Below are positions 42,719 through 54,390 of a stretch of 64,000 bases of DNA, piece after piece. Source of the stretch: Acidobacteriota bacterium (GTDB lineage: Bacteria; Acidobacteriota; UBA6911; RPQK01; JADFOI01); the NCBI GenBank assembly GCA_963663035.1, contig OY760074.1:1440001-1504000 (forward strand), in the 5' to 3' direction. The position numbers were made by a program, and so were the translations under genes. Under the pieces are notes generated by a model. That model saw nothing but the letters and a program-made list of their open reading frames with translations, ran no database searches and was not told the origin of the DNA. Positions within the stretch are counted from its first letter, which is position 1, and each line of letters begins with the position of its first letter.

Positions 42719-43906
42719 CTATTCCACTATTTGGGCAATGGTTCCGGCTCCCACCGTGTGCCCGCCCTCACGGATGGCAAAGCGCAGCCCTTTTTCCATG
42801 GCGATGGGCGTGATCAGTTGCACATCCACCGAAACGTTGTCTCCCGGCATGACCATCTCCGTTCCGCCCTCCAGCTCCACTGAGCCCGTCACGTCCGTGG
42901 TTCGAAAATAAAACTGGGGCCGATACCCCGTAAAAAAGGGCGTGTGGCGTCCCCCTTCTTCCTTCGTCAAAATATAGGCTTCCCCTTTGAAGTGCTTATG
43001 GGGATTGATGCTTCCCGGCGCCGCCATCACCTGGCCCCGCTCCACGTCATCCTTGTCCGTCCCTCGCAGCAGCAGTCCCACGTTGTCTCCCGCCTGGCCC
43101 TCGTCCAGCATCTTCTTGAACATCTCCACTCCCGTGACCACTCGCTTGAAGGTGTCTCGGATTCCCACGATCTCCATCTCCTCTCCCACCTTCACCTGCC
43201 CTCGCTCCACTCGGCCCGTCACCACCGTCCCTCGTCCGCTGATGGTAAAAATATCCTCAACCGGCATCAAAAACGGCTTGTCTATATCCCGCTCCGGTAC
43301 CGGTATATACTCATCCACCGCTGCTAACAACTCCAGCACTTGCTTCTCCTCTTCCTCTCCCCCTTCCAGCGCCTTCAGTGCACTGCCCCGCACGATCGGG
43401 ATATCATCTCCAGGAAACTCGTACTTGGAGAGCAGCTCCCTCACTTCCAGTTCCACCAGATCCAGCAGCTCCGGATCATCCACCATGTCCACCTTATTCA
43501 AGAACACCACGATATAGGGCACTCCCACCTGCCGCGCCAGCAGGATGTGCTCCCGCGTCTGCGGCATCGGTCCATCCGCAGCCGACACCACCAGTATGGC
43601 CCCGTCCATCTGGGCCGCTCCCGTGATCATGTTCTTCACATAGTCCGCGTGTCCCGGGCAGTCCACGTGCGCATAGTGCCGATTCTCCGTCTCGTACTCC
43701 ACATGCGCTGTCGCTATCGTGATCCCTCGCTCCCTCTCCTCCGGTGCATTGTCGATGGAATCAAACGTTCGCACCTCTATCTTCGAGTTCGCCTTGGCCA
43801 AAATGTGGGTGATGGCCGCCGTCAGCGTTGTCTTCCCGTGATCCACATGCCCGATCGTCCCGACGTTCACATGCGGCTTCGTTCGCTCAAATTTCTGTTT
43901 TGCCAT
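42719..43906 (-). CDS. tuf: Elongation factor Tu
   Basis: [21 protein letters not shown]. Confidence 0.99.
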   Translation of the reverse strand: MAKQKFERTKPHVNVGTIGHVDHGKTTLTAAITHILAKANSKIEVRTFDSIDNAPEERERGITIATAHVEYETENRHYAHVDCPGHADYVKNMITGAAQMDGAILVVSAADGPMPQTREHILLARQVGVPYIVVFLNKVDMVDDPELLDLVELEVRELLSKYEFPGDDIPIVRGSALKALEGGEEEEKQVLELLAAVDEYIPVPERDIDKPFLMPVEDIFTISGRGTVVTGRVERGQVKVGEEMEIVGIRDTFKRVVTGVEMFKKMLDEGQAGDNVGLLLRGTDKDDVERGQVMAAPGSINPHKHFKGEAYILTKEEGGRHTPFFTGYRPQFYFRTTDVTGSVELEGGTEMVMPGDNVSVDVQLITPIAMEKGLRFAIREGGHTVGAGTIAQIVE

Positions 43907-43953
43907 AACTCAGTCTCCCAAGATACTTAGGTTAAACTTCCCTTCAAAGGCTT

Positions 43954-46053
43954 CTATCCAGATTTACCCACTAACTTGCCCTGGCTGCTGGCTACGATCT
44001 CATTTGCGATCTGGTTAGGCAACTGCCGATAGCAATCGAAGTGCATGCTATAATTTGCCCGCCCCTGACTCAAGGAGCGAACTGCTGTCGCATACCCAAA
44101 CATTTCCGCAAGAGGCACAACGGAAGCGATCACCTGGTTATCGCCCCGCGCCTCCATATGACTGATTCGCCCACGACGACCATTGAGATCTCCTACCACA
44201 TCTCCCATATATTCCTTGGGCACCACGACCTCGACTCGCATGACGGGCTCCAGAATCACGGGTTTGGCCTTTCTGGCCGCCTCTTTGAAAGCCATCGAGC
44301 CGGAGATCTTGAAAGCGAGCTCAGAGGAGTCCACCTCGTGAAAGGATCCATCATAGAGAGTGACCTTCACGTCTTCCATCTCATATCCAGCCAGGATCCC
44401 GCTTTCCATGGCTTCCCGAACTCCACTCTCAACGTTGGAGATAAACTCTCGCGGAATGGCGCCACCCACAATCTTGTTTTCAAAGACACACCCATCCCCG
44501 GGTTCAGTCGGTTCAACCTTGAGCTTGACATGACCGTATTGGCCGCGACCACCACTTTGGCGAATATACTTCCCTTCGCCTTGAGCTTCTCTGGTGATGC
44601 TTTCCTTGTAAGCCACCTGCGGTTTGCCCACATTGGCACCCACTCCGAACTCGCGCAGCAAACGATCGACGATGATCTCCAGATGCAGTTCACCCATTCC
44701 GGAAATGATGGTTTGACCCGTATCAGGCTCCACGTGAACTTTAAAAGTCGGGTCCTCCTGCATCAGTTTCCCCATAGAAAATCCTAGTTTTTCCTGATCT
44801 TCTCTGGTCTTCGGCTCGATGGCGATAGAGATGACGGGCGCCGGAAAGTCCATGGATTCAAGGATGACCGGATGCTTCATGTCACAAATGGTGTCCCCGG
44901 TTCTCACATCCTTCATCCCGACTGCAGCCGCAATGTCACCCGAGAAAACCTTCTTGATTTCCTCTCGCTTGTCGGCATGCATCTTGAGAAGTCGTCCTAT
45001 CCGCTCATTACGGTTGTGAGTCGGGTTGAAAACGGTGGAACCTGACTCCAGTATTCCCGAGTACACTCGCAGGAAGGCCAACTGCCCCACAAATGGATCG
45101 GTCATGATCTTAAAGATCAGCGCCGAAAAGGGTGCATCATCGGAAGCCTTGCGTTCAACCGGGTCTTGCGTTCCGGGAACAAGGCCCAGGACGGGCGGAA
45201 CGTCTAGTGGAGAGGGCAGGCAGGTGACGATAGCGTCAAGGAGCGGCTGCACTCCTTTATTCTTAAAGGCAGCCCCACACAAACAGGGAGTAAATTGGAG
45301 GGCACATGTGCCCTTACGAAGTCCAGCTTGCAACTCCTCGGTCTCAATGACTTCTCCCGACAGGTATTTCTCCAGAAGTGCATCATCGACCTCCGCTATC
45401 ATCTCCACCATCTTCTCGCGCCACTCCTTGGCCTGCTCCAAAGATTCGGCTGGGATCTCGATTTCCGTGAACTCTGCCCCCAACGTATCCATCTCATAGA
45501 CAAAGGCCTTCATGCTGACCAGATCGATCACTCCCTCAAAAATCTCTTTTCTGATGAGCGGAATCTGAATGGGGACGGGCGTGGCAGCCAGGCGTTTTTT
45601 CATGGATTCCATGGAGGCAAAGAAATCTGCTCCGGGACGGTCCATCTTATTCATGAACGCGATACGTGGAACAAGATACTTGTCGGCCTGACGCCAGACT
45701 GTTTCGGACTGAGGCTCCACACCGGCAACGGAATCAAAAACAGCTACAGCGCCGTCCAACACTCTTAAAGAGCGCTCGACTTCGGCAGTAAAGTCCACGT
45801 GCCCGGGAGTGTCAATGAGATTAATTCGGATGTCCTTCCAGACACAGGTGGTAGCTGCCGATGTAATCGTAATCCCACGCTCCTGCTCCTGAACCATCCA
45901 ATCCATGGTGGCGGTTCCTTCGTGCACCTCACCCAGTTTGTAGGTGATTCCCGTGTAGTACAGGATGCGTTCGGTAGTGGTGGTCTTGCCGGCATCGATA
46001 TGCGCCATGATACCGATGTTGCGGGTTCTCTCTAGTGAATTTTCCCTTGCCAC
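43954..46053 (-). CDS. fusA: Elongation factor G
   Basis: [17 protein letters not shown]; start moved to the GTG at 46053. Confidence 0.98.
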   Translation of the reverse strand: MARENSLERTRNIGIMAHIDAGKTTTTERILYYTGITYKLGEVHEGTATMDWMVQEQERGITITSAATTCVWKDIRINLIDTPGHVDFTAEVERSLRVLDGAVAVFDSVAGVEPQSETVWRQADKYLVPRIAFMNKMDRPGADFFASMESMKKRLAATPVPIQIPLIRKEIFEGVIDLVSMKAFVYEMDTLGAEFTEIEIPAESLEQAKEWREKMVEMIAEVDDALLEKYLSGEVIETEELQAGLRKGTCALQFTPCLCGAAFKNKGVQPLLDAIVTCLPSPLDVPPVLGLVPGTQDPVERKASDDAPFSALIFKIMTDPFVGQLAFLRVYSGILESGSTVFNPTHNRNERIGRLLKMHADKREEIKKVFSGDIAAAVGMKDVRTGDTICDMKHPVILESMDFPAPVISIAIEPKTREDQEKLGFSMGKLMQEDPTFKVHVEPDTGQTIISGMGELHLEIIVDRLLREFGVGANVGKPQVAYKESITREAQGEGKYIRQSGGRGQYGHVKLKVEPTEPGDGCVFENKIVGGAIPREFISNVESGVREAMESGILAGYEMEDVKVTLYDGSFHEVDSSELAFKISGSMAFKEAARKAKPVILEPVMRVEVVVPKEYMGDVVGDLNGRRGRISHMEARGDNQVIASVVPLAEMFGYATAVRSLSQGRANYSMHFDCYRQLPNQIANEIVASSQGKLVGKSG

Positions 46054-46096
46054 AATCTTCTCTTCAGTCCTTAAAAGGGTTGTCAGCGGTTCTTCC

Positions 46097-46567
46097 TCAC
46101 CACCGATAGTGAGCAAAAGCCTTGTTCGCTTCTGCCATGCGACGGATGTCCTCTCTTTTCCTGACAGCCCCGCCGCGACTGTTGGAGGCGTCCAAAACCT
46201 CATTGGCCAGCCTTTCAGCCATTAGTCTTTCTCCCCGGTCGCGGGCATATCTGACAATCCAGCGAATGCCCAACGAATTTCTGCGGTGTGGACTCACTTC
46301 AATGGGCACCTGATAGGTTGACCCTCCGACACGGCGCGACTTGGTCTCCAAAATGGGCTTCACGTTATCGAGCGCCTTTTTGAGAACTTTCATGGGGTCT
46401 TCCTCTGTCTCCTTTTCAATGAGCGTCATGGCCCCATAAAAAATGCTCTCAGCCACGTTCTTCTTTCCCCGCTCCATAATCTTGTTGACAAAGCGGGTGG
46501 CTAACTCGCTCTTATACACAGGATCAGGAGACACCTTTCTTTTTGGAACTTCTCTCCGTCTTGGCAT
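46097..46567 (-). CDS. rpsG: 30S ribosomal protein S7
   Basis: [25 protein letters not shown]. Confidence 0.98.
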   Translation of the reverse strand: MPRRREVPKRKVSPDPVYKSELATRFVNKIMERGKKNVAESIFYGAMTLIEKETEEDPMKVLKKALDNVKPILETKSRRVGGSTYQVPIEVSPHRRNSLGIRWIVRYARDRGERLMAERLANEVLDASNSRGGAVRKREDIRRMAEANKAFAHYRW

Positions 46568-46647
46568 TTAGTACACCAGCCTCCTCCACATACAAAAAAG
46601 CTGCAAAGAACAGAATCCATGCAGCTTTTCACAAACCAGTTAGGTCC

Positions 46648-47022
46648 CTACGCCTTGGGCCTTTTCGTCCCGTACTTGGAGCGAGCGTTGTGGCGGCCCT
46701 CCACACCCAAGGCATCCAGAGTGCCCCGGATAACGTGGTAGCGAACGCCAGGAAGGTCTTTCACGCGGCCACCCCTTATGAGCACGATCGAGTGCTCCTG
46801 AAGATTGTGTCCGACACCTGGGATGTACGTGGTGACTTCAATCCCATTGGTTAATCGCACACGAGCCACCTTCCGCAGTGCGGAGTTTGGCTTCTTGGGG
46901 GTCTGCGTGTAAACGCGAACACAGACGCCTCTCCTCTGTGGACAGCCCTGTAGCGCTGGGCTCTTCGTCTTGACCTTAATCCTCTTGCGCCCTTTGCGAA
47001 CTAACTGATTGAATGTTGGCAC
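46648..47022 (-). CDS. rpsL: 30S ribosomal protein S12
   Basis: [20 protein letters not shown]. Confidence 0.99.
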   Translation of the reverse strand: MPTFNQLVRKGRKRIKVKTKSPALQGCPQRRGVCVRVYTQTPKKPNSALRKVARVRLTNGIEVTTYIPGVGHNLQEHSIVLIRGGRVKDLPGVRYHVIRGTLDALGVEGRHNARSKYGTKRPKA

Positions 47023-47037
47023 TCCTCTGTTCTCCCT

Positions 47038-47069
47038 AAAAAAAAAAGATGATGCCGAGGCATCATCTT
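47038..47069 (-). terminator. Intrinsic terminator-like hairpin in the rpsL leader
   Basis: AAGATGATGC-CTCG-GCATCATCTT running into a 10-U tract on the minus strand. Confidence 0.7.
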
Positions 47070-47104
47070 GTAAAAAGAAACCAGCCTAAGATAACGAGCC
47101 TCAC

Positions 47105-47133
47105 AACTTAGCTTGCAGATACACCTCTGTCAA
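47105..47133 (-). promoter_or_regulatory. Sigma70-like promoter of the str operon
   Basis: TTGACA-17 bp-TAAGTT on the minus strand. Confidence 0.6.
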
Positions 47134-47248
47134 GCAGTTGAGCCGGTAAGTCTACCAATCTTTTCTGAAAACTACAAAAGTTTTTCAACCCTCCCTCGGA
47201 TGGTTGAAGCCACCCATCCCGCGAGTATAGGATTAGACTTTTCAGTCA

Positions 47249-48568
47249 ATGCTTCGCACCTGGCTCTGGCTCTACTCGATTCTCTATACTTTCCTCCTTT
47301 TTCTCTACCTGCCTGTCTGGATTTACCAGGTCATCTTTCACCACAAAAGTCCCTTGGTTCTGTGGAAGCGGACAGGTGTTCATCCCCTCAGGAGTTCAAC
47401 TCACCCGAGGCAGCCTTCCCTGTGGATTCACGCTGTCTCAGTAGGGGAGGTCAAGGCAATCGAGCCTTTGGTTGAGGCGCTCGCCTTGAGTCGTGACCAA
47501 CTTTTCATCTCCACGGTTACCGACACAGGCCAGCTGCTCGCCAAGAGCAGATTCCAGGACCGGGCTGACGTGTTCTACCTGCCCCTGGACTGGAAATGGC
47601 TCTGCCGCCGATACCTGCGAGCACTTTCTCCCTCCTGCGTACTCCTGGCTGAAACCGAAATCTGGCCAGGTTTTATCAGCGCTGCTCAATCCCTCGAGAT
47701 TCCCGTTATACTCATCAATGGCAGGATTTCAGACCATTCCTTTCGTCGCTATCGGCGAATCCGTTTTTTGCTGCGGCCTCTCTTGCAATGTTTCTCCCAT
47801 CTCTGCATGCAGACAGGACAGGATAAGCAACGCATCATAGAGCTGGGAGCAGCCCCTTCTCGGGTCAGTCAAATGGGCAATCTCAAGTACGACTACCAGC
47901 TGGCCCAGCTTCCTGAGAAAGTACAAATGGTGGAGCGCTTACAGAACTTCATGAAACCACATGAGGACGACCTGCTCTGGGTTTGCGGCAGTACTCGGGA
48001 AGGAGAAGAAGAAGCCCTGCTGAAGGTTTTTGAGATTCTCAGCAGCGAGTTTCCATCCCTGCGGTTGCTCCTGGCACCACGACACCCCCAGCGAGTCGAC
48101 CAGGTCGCCAGGCGGATAGAAGCTCGTGGATTGACTTACCTGAAACGCTCTCAGCTGAATTCTGACACGTCTGACTGTCCTGCAATTTTGCTTCTGGATA
48201 CTATTGGCGAGTTGGCCTACTGTTATCAGCTGGCAGATGTCGTCTTTGTGGGAGGAAGTCTGGTCCCCACCGGGGGACACAACATTATAGAAGCGGCCTA
48301 TTTCTCCAAACCGATCCTCTTCGGTCCCCATATGGAGAACTTTCAGGAAATCTCCGCCTCCTTCCTGGAGTCGTATGCAGCCCTTCAAGTGCAAACAGAA
48401 GAGGAGCTGACTGCAAAAGTTCGTGATCTGTTGACCAATCCTCAAACCAGACAATGGCTGGGGCGAAACGCCCGCAAGGTGATCCGCGACAATCAAGGGG
48501 CGGTCGGTCGCACAGCCAAGATCGTGAAGGAGGAGCTGAAGCAGGAAAAGCTGACGATTGACCACTGA
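47249..48568 (+). CDS. waaA: Kdo transferase
   Basis: LWIHAVSVGE, ETEIWP, NGRIS, APRHP, GGHNIIE. Confidence 0.95.
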   Translation: MLRTWLWLYSILYTFLLFLYLPVWIYQVIFHHKSPLVLWKRTGVHPLRSSTHPRQPSLWIHAVSVGEVKAIEPLVEALALSRDQLFISTVTDTGQLLAKSRFQDRADVFYLPLDWKWLCRRYLRALSPSCVLLAETEIWPGFISAAQSLEIPVILINGRISDHSFRRYRRIRFLLRPLLQCFSHLCMQTGQDKQRIIELGAAPSRVSQMGNLKYDYQLAQLPEKVQMVERLQNFMKPHEDDLLWVCGSTREGEEEALLKVFEILSSEFPSLRLLLAPRHPQRVDQVARRIEARGLTYLKRSQLNSDTSDCPAILLLDTIGELAYCYQLADVVFVGGSLVPTGGHNIIEAAYFSKPILFGPHMENFQEISASFLESYAALQVQTEEELTAKVRDLLTNPQTRQWLGRNARKVIRDNQGAVGRTAKIVKEELKQEKLTIDH

Positions 48569-48650
48569 CCGCTGACAGGTTTTGAATTTTGACTTTTGAA
48601 TTTTCTGTGATCTGTTGTCAGGTGTCAGCTGTCAGGTGTCAGTTTCCGAT

Positions 48651-49688
48651 ATGAAATATTTACTTTCAAAACTCTATGGCCTGATCGTTTCACTACGGGT
48701 CTTCCTCTACCGAAGAGGAATTTTGGGATCTCACCAGTTAAAACATCCCGTCATCAGTGTGGGAAACCTGACCGTGGGCGGGACTGGCAAGACTCCCCTG
48801 GTGGGATTCCTGGCTCAAATCCTGAAGAAGGCCGGTTACCAGCCCGTCATTTTGAGTCGTGGATACAAGGGAACAAGTAAGAGTCCAGCGCTGCTGGTCA
48901 GCGATGGGCAAAAGGTCTTTTGCGGGCCGGAGGAATGTGGAGATGAGCCTTATCTTCTGGCCCGCGAACTTGAGGGAGTCCCGGTCGTGGTGGGGAAAAG
49001 TCGCTATCAGGCCGGTCGATCTCTGGAAGATCGTTACCCAAAATTGATTTATCTGCTGGATGACGGCTACCAGCACCTTCAGCTCAAACGCAATCTGAAC
49101 ATTCTTGTCCTGGATGCCACTGATCCGTTTGGTGGCAGCCAGCTGCTGCCGGCAGGCAGGCTGCGGGAGTCCATCAAAGGTCTCTCCCGAGCTGATACCA
49201 TCGTCATTACCCGATCCCACATGGCTTCACCGATAGAGAACCTGGAGGAACAGATCCGCAGATGGAACCGGGCGGTAGCCATCTCCTATTTCCATCATGA
49301 CGTCACCGCCCTTTCCGATCTCAAGACGGGAAGGCGGTTGCAGGCGCGAGATTTTCTGGGAGCACCTGTGATAGCGCTGGCCGCCATTGGAAACCCTCAG
49401 ATCTTTCTACACGATCTGGAGCACTATCAGATGAAAATCTCGGACCGGTTCCTTTTCCGTGACCATCACCCGTTCAGCCAGTCACAACTGGATCGTGTCC
49501 TGAAACGCTGCCAGAAAGTTCAGGCCCAGGCTGTCGTGACCACGGAAAAGGATGCGGTTCGTCTGGAAAAACTGGAGTTCAAGGAGGGACAGATCTTTGT
49601 TCTTCACATTGAACCCCAGCCCGAGGATCCCCAGGAATTTAAAAAGGAATTCCTCAATGAGGTAGAGTTCTTGGCGGACGCACGATGA
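48651..49688 (+). CDS. lpxK: Tetraacyldisaccharide 4'-kinase
   Basis: SVGNLTVGGTGKTP, SRGY, GDEP, DDGYQH, TTEKDAVR. Confidence 0.96.
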   Translation: MKYLLSKLYGLIVSLRVFLYRRGILGSHQLKHPVISVGNLTVGGTGKTPLVGFLAQILKKAGYQPVILSRGYKGTSKSPALLVSDGQKVFCGPEECGDEPYLLARELEGVPVVVGKSRYQAGRSLEDRYPKLIYLLDDGYQHLQLKRNLNILVLDATDPFGGSQLLPAGRLRESIKGLSRADTIVITRSHMASPIENLEEQIRRWNRAVAISYFHHDVTALSDLKTGRRLQARDFLGAPVIALAAIGNPQIFLHDLEHYQMKISDRFLFRDHHPFSQSQLDRVLKRCQKVQAQAVVTTEKDAVRLEKLEFKEGQIFVLHIEPQPEDPQEFKKEFLNEVEFLADAR

Positions 49689-50743
49689 GCCAAGACAACC
49701 GCATCCTGATCCGCGGGACCAACTGGATCGGTGACTCCGTCATGTCACTGCCAGCGCTGCGCGAGCTGCGGCGACTGTTCCCCCACCATCATCTGACCCT
49801 CCTGGTGCGACCTTGGGTCTCAGGTCTGTTTGAAAAACAGGAAGTCGTGGATGAGATTGTCGAACTGGAAGCCACTCCATCCACTTTTCAACTTCTGATC
49901 CAGCTGCCTAGAAAAATTCGCCATTTCGACACGGCGGTTCTCTTTCAGAATGCTTTCCAGGCGGCTCTGATCACTCGTATAGCCGGGATTCCTGAGAGAA
50001 TCGGCTACAATACGGACGGAAGAGCACTTCTGCTCACGCGTCGCGCTAGGCCCCGGATCAAGGAACTGCAGCGACACCAGGTCTACTATTATCTGGATCT
50101 TCTCTATCAAACCGGCCTCTCTCCTCATGATTACCTCAACGACCCCCACTTCAAGCCGGACATCCACCTCAATCCAAGTGCGGCAGGAGTCCGGCAAGCC
50201 CAGCAGCTGCTCCAAAAAGCCGGTGTTGCTGAACATCACCCCCTGATCTTAATCAACCCGGGCGCTTACTATGGCTCCGCCAAGCGCTGGTTTACCGATC
50301 GCTATGCAGCCCTGGCTGACCGCCTTCTCAAGGAGGATAACGCTGCCGTGCTCCTCATCGGATCTGCAGGTGAGGCACCCATCGCCGAGGAAATTCAGAG
50401 TCTCATGAAACACCGCCTGACAAGTCTGATGGGACAAACCGATCTGCCCACTCTGATAGGACTCTTGAGCCGTTGTGACCTGTTGCTGACAAACGATTCT
50501 GGGCCCATGCATTTGGCGGCGGCCCTGGACACTCCACAGATCGCCATTCTGGGATCCACCGACGAGGTCGCCACCGGTCCCCGTAGTCCCAGAGCCCAGG
50601 TCATCCACAAACATGTTGAATGCAGCCCTTGCCTTTTGCGAGAATGCCCTATCGATTTGCGCTGCTTTTCGCGCATCGAGGTAGAAGAAGTCTATGAGTC
50701 CGCAAGAGCCATCCTGCAAACCCGCCATCTTTCTGGATCGTGA
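49685..50743 (+). CDS. waaF: LPS heptosyltransferase II (GT9)
   Basis: NWIGDSVM, PGAYYGSAKRW, TNDSGPMHLA. Confidence 0.92.
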   Translation: MSQDNRILIRGTNWIGDSVMSLPALRELRRLFPHHHLTLLVRPWVSGLFEKQEVVDEIVELEATPSTFQLLIQLPRKIRHFDTAVLFQNAFQAALITRIAGIPERIGYNTDGRALLLTRRARPRIKELQRHQVYYYLDLLYQTGLSPHDYLNDPHFKPDIHLNPSAAGVRQAQQLLQKAGVAEHHPLILINPGAYYGSAKRWFTDRYAALADRLLKEDNAAVLLIGSAGEAPIAEEIQSLMKHRLTSLMGQTDLPTLIGLLSRCDLLLTNDSGPMHLAAALDTPQIAILGSTDEVATGPRSPRAQVIHKHVECSPCLLRECPIDLRCFSRIEVEEVYESARAILQTRHLSGS

Positions 50744-51338
50744 TGGAACCTTGATCGAGGAGATAGGCTATTTGCGTCGCCCGCAAGACATCCGGATCTG
50801 CCCCACCGCCGTTGAAGCCGTGGAGAAGATCAACCAGAAAGGAGTCCCGGCCATCGTGATCACGAACCAGTCGGCCATTGCCCGTGGTCTCATGAAAGAG
50901 GAGGACCTGCAACACCTGCACCGTTTCCTCCAAGACACCTTTCAGGAGAAAGGGGCTCGTATCGACGCCTTCTACTACTGCCCCCATCATCCACGGGCCG
51001 GAACGGGAGCCCATACGCAAACCTGCAGTTGTCGAAAACCCGAGCCCGGACTTTTCCTGCGCGCAGCACGGGAGCTTCAGCTTGACCTCAGCACAAGCCA
51101 CATGATTGGAGATACACTGCGGGATGTCGAAGCTGGACACCGGGCAGGCTGCCAGTCCATCCTGATCAAGACCGGCTATGGCCAGGATGAGCTCCTCCTG
51201 CTGGGCAAGAAAGACAGCGCAAGTTCCGCCTCCAGCAACCCTCTGCAGCAACCCGAGCACGTTGCTGAAAATGTTCTGGAGGCCGTGAACTGGATCCTGG
51301 AGCACTATTTTGAAGGACAATCTGAAGCAGCTCATTGA
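50694..51338 (+). CDS. gmhB: D-glycero-D-manno-heptose 1,7-bisphosphate phosphatase
   Basis: FLDRDGTL, TNQS, CPHHP, CSCRKP, MIGD. Confidence 0.93.
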   Translation: MSPQEPSCKPAIFLDRDGTLIEEIGYLRRPQDIRICPTAVEAVEKINQKGVPAIVITNQSAIARGLMKEEDLQHLHRFLQDTFQEKGARIDAFYYCPHHPRAGTGAHTQTCSCRKPEPGLFLRAARELQLDLSTSHMIGDTLRDVEAGHRAGCQSILIKTGYGQDELLLLGKKDSASSASSNPLQQPEHVAENVLEAVNWILEHYFEGQSEAAH

Positions 51339-52302
51339 GCAGTTTTCCCATCTCAAGATCCTCGTACTTGGGGATTTCCTTCTGGATGAGTTCATCTTCG
51401 GGGAAATCTCCCGCGTGTCTCGCGAAGCCCCGGTGTTGATCCTGAACTACCAGAGCACCCAAACTGTTCCCGGGGGAGGGGCTAATACGGTTGCCAATGT
51501 GGCGAGCCTGGGTGCGGAAGTCATTCCTCTGGGTTTTCTGGGAGACGATCCTGCAGCTGATCTGCTTTTCTCCAACTGGCCTGAAAATCTGGACAAGCGC
51601 TATGTCTTTCGGGACTCCGCATTTCAAACCACTCGAAAATCACGACTGCTGGCCGGATCCTTCCACTCCTTTCGCCAGCAGGTCGTGCGCATGGACTACG
51701 AGTATCCATGTCTCCTTCAAGAGCACCACGAAGAAAAACTGCTCGAGTGTCTGGCTGAACTCATCACTCAGGTGGATGCTCTCATCCTCTCTGACTACAG
51801 CCTGGGGAATATTAACCAGCGAGTGCGGGAATCCGCTCTGGCGCTGGCGAAGCAGAATGACAAGATTGTGGTGGTGGATTCCAGGGACAGCCCCGCTATT
51901 TGCAAAGGTGCCACTTCGGTCACTCCCAACATCACGGAAATCGAAGCGACTCTCTCCATCCGTATCGGAAATGACCTGTCGGCTCTGGAAAGAGTTGGTA
52001 CTCAATTGTTGAAGGAATGGCAGCTGCAGGCCCTGCTGGTCACTCGAGGAAAACTGGGGATGTCTCTTTTCGTCCAGGACGGGGTCACACACATCCCGAT
52101 TTATGGGACGGATGAAGTGGTTGATGTCACCGGTGCTGGTGATACCGTGACGGCAAGTTATTGCACCTCCCTGGCCGCCGGAGGATCATTCCAACAGGCG
52201 GCCCGATTAGCCAATTACGCAGCGGGCATCGTGGTGATGAAAAGAGGAACTGCCACGGTCTCGCAGACCGAGCTCCTCCATGCCATTGAGGAAGATTCGT
52301 GA
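51310..52302 (+). CDS. Heptose-7-phosphate kinase (RfaE domain I / HldA)
   Basis: [29 protein letters not shown] (PfkB fold). Confidence 0.9.
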   Translation: MKDNLKQLIEQFSHLKILVLGDFLLDEFIFGEISRVSREAPVLILNYQSTQTVPGGGANTVANVASLGAEVIPLGFLGDDPAADLLFSNWPENLDKRYVFRDSAFQTTRKSRLLAGSFHSFRQQVVRMDYEYPCLLQEHHEEKLLECLAELITQVDALILSDYSLGNINQRVRESALALAKQNDKIVVVDSRDSPAICKGATSVTPNITEIEATLSIRIGNDLSALERVGTQLLKEWQLQALLVTRGKLGMSLFVQDGVTHIPIYGTDEVVDVTGAGDTVTASYCTSLAAGGSFQQAARLANYAAGIVVMKRGTATVSQTELLHAIEEDS

Positions 52303-52805
52303 AGACCAAAGTGAAGGCTCTCGAAGAGATCACTGCCATCGTTTCCCAACACCAAAGATCTGGTAGAAAGGTCGTTTTTGCCAACGGCTGCTTCGATCTT
52401 CTGCACGTGGGACACATTCGCTACCTCGAGGCCGCCCGTGCTCTGGGAGACGTTCTGGTCCTAGGATTGAACGGGGATGAATCGGTTCGACTCTTAAAAG
52501 GACCAGGACGCCCCTTGATGAAGCAGGAAGAGCGCGCTGAAGTTCTCTCAGCACTGGAGTTTGTGGATTACCTTGTCCTGTTCGATGATCTCACCGCCCA
52601 CGGCATTCTTGAAAAGCTCCAACCCGACTTTCACGCCAAAGGGACTGACTATACCCGGGAGACGGTTCCAGAAAGGGATACCGTGCTCTCTTACGGAGGC
52701 TCCATAGCGATTGTGGGAGACCCGAAGGACCACTCCACTCAAGATTTGATGCGACGAATCGCCCAGAGTAAATCACCGACTCCATCCAAAAGCGGTTCAA
52801 AATGA
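52299..52805 (+). CDS. Heptose-1-phosphate adenylyltransferase (RfaE domain II / HldC)
   Basis: [23 protein letters not shown]. Confidence 0.92.
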   Translation: MKTKVKALEEITAIVSQHQRSGRKVVFANGCFDLLHVGHIRYLEAARALGDVLVLGLNGDESVRLLKGPGRPLMKQEERAEVLSALEFVDYLVLFDDLTAHGILEKLQPDFHAKGTDYTRETVPERDTVLSYGGSIAIVGDPKDHSTQDLMRRIAQSKSPTPSKSGSK

Positions 52806-53839
52806 ATAGCGATCGCCTGAAAATCCTGATCGTCAAGCTGGGCTCCCTGGGCGATATCATGCATACCATCCCCGCCCAGCAGCGGATCGCTCAAGAAGTT
52901 CCTGGAGCAGAGATCCACTGGCTCACGGAACCTCCCTACGAGGAGTTCCTGCGACGTATCTCGGGTCTGTCGCGGGTGTGGCTGGCCGATACCAAGAAAT
53001 GGCGAAAGACAATCTTCTCTCTGCCTGAGGTCATTCACTTGATTCGATCTCTTCGCCGTCAGAAGTTCCACATAGCCCTGGATTTCCAGGGTCTGGTCAA
53101 ATCGGCCCTGCTGGCCAGATTGTCGGGGGCGGGGCGGGTGGTCGGCTTTGTTCCCCACCAATCCCGGGAACCGGCTTCTCGGCACTTTTATTCTGAAATG
53201 GTCCTGGGAGATGACGGGTCCCAACCCCACGTCATCGAAATCAATCTCCAGCTGGCTCGAACCCTGGGGTGCGCTTCAAAGGGAGCCAGCCCTTTAATAC
53301 CTCTGGATATTCCATCCGAAGCGTTCGATTATGTGGAGGACCAACTGAGTCAAAGGAAAATCGTGAAGCCGATTCTGGTCAATCCGGGGGCCGGCTGGGT
53401 GACCAAGCTTTGGCCACTCAAAGATTACGCCGCTCTACTGCTTCGCATTCAGGAAGAATTGGGCTGTGCCACTCTTCTCACCTACGGGCCGGGGGAGGAA
53501 GATATGGTGGAAGAGATTCGAACCATCCTGGCACCCCATCCCCTGGAAGCCTTTCCCACCACCCTTTTACAACTGGCCGCGCTGTGCCGTCGCTCACGGC
53601 TGCTCATCGCCGGGGATACCGGACCACTGCACCTGGCAGTAGCCATGGGAACCCCGACTGTCGCCATACTGGGTCCCACTTCCCCCTGGCGCAATGGACC
53701 CTTCAACCAGGAGGACCAGATTGTCAAACGTTATCTGCCCTGCTCCAACTCCTACAAACGAACCTGTAATGAGTTCATTTGCATGGATATCCCGGTAAAG
53801 GATGTCTTTGATGCGGTAACTCGGCGTCTTGACTCATGA
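52802..53839 (+). CDS. waaC: LPS heptosyltransferase I (GT9)
   Basis: [29 protein letters not shown]. Confidence 0.88.
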   Translation: MNSDRLKILIVKLGSLGDIMHTIPAQQRIAQEVPGAEIHWLTEPPYEEFLRRISGLSRVWLADTKKWRKTIFSLPEVIHLIRSLRRQKFHIALDFQGLVKSALLARLSGAGRVVGFVPHQSREPASRHFYSEMVLGDDGSQPHVIEINLQLARTLGCASKGASPLIPLDIPSEAFDYVEDQLSQRKIVKPILVNPGAGWVTKLWPLKDYAALLLRIQEELGCATLLTYGPGEEDMVEEIRTILAPHPLEAFPTTLLQLAALCRRSRLLIAGDTGPLHLAVAMGTPTVAILGPTSPWRNGPFNQEDQIVKRYLPCSNSYKRTCNEFICMDIPVKDVFDAVTRRLDS

Positions 53840-54390
53840 CTTTGGTCCAGAGAAGCCGCGTTCCCGCCGGCTTCTTCTTTGCCTGTATATACCTTTACTT
53901 TTCCCAGCCTCGACTGGGCTTTTTCGCGGCTGGGCTGGCCGTGGCAGCCTCGGGTCTGGCCCTTCGTATCTGGGCATCGGGCCATCTGGAAAAAGGGATT
54001 CGACTGGCCGTCCAGGGCCCCTATCAAAGGACGAGAAATCCACTTTACCTGGGATCCTTTCTGATGGGTCTTGGCTTCACCCTGGCGGCGGCTACCCCAT
54101 GGCTCCTGGCCTTCTTTCTTGTTCTCTTTCCGACCATTTATATTCCCGTGATGCGACGAGAAGAGCAGGAACTCGAACAGGCTTTCGGCCACGATTTCGA
54201 AGTCTATCGTCTCCGAGTCCCTCTGTTTGTGCCCCGTCTCAAGACTCGTGGCCCCGCTCAAGAGTTGTTAGAAGCGGGTGCCGAGCGCAACTTTCAGTGG
54301 CACCGTGTAATCTTAAACCGTGAGTACAAGGCGGTGATCGGATTTCTGATCGTTTCCATTTGGGTGGGAGTGAAAATGCTATGGACCTGA
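53836..54390 (+). CDS. Isoprenylcysteine carboxyl methyltransferase/PEMT family membrane protein
   Basis: LRIWASG, GPY..TRNPLYLG, EE..L...FG. Confidence 0.88.
   Translation: MTLVQRSRVPAGFFFACIYLYFSQPRLGFFAAGLAVAASGLALRIWASGHLEKGIRLAVQGPYQRTRNPLYLGSFLMGLGFTLAAATPWLLAFFLVLFPTIYIPVMRREEQELEQAFGHDFEVYRLRVPLFVPRLKTRGPAQELLEAGAERNFQWHRVILNREYKAVIGFLIVSIWVGVKMLWT

Noticed and set aside
46054-46203. 50-aa N-terminal extension of EF-G
   Set aside because: It overlaps rpsG; the GTG at 46053 gives a normal-length EF-G.
46648-47022. Streptomycin-resistance substitutions in S12
   Set aside because: PKKPNS and RVKDLP are canonical.
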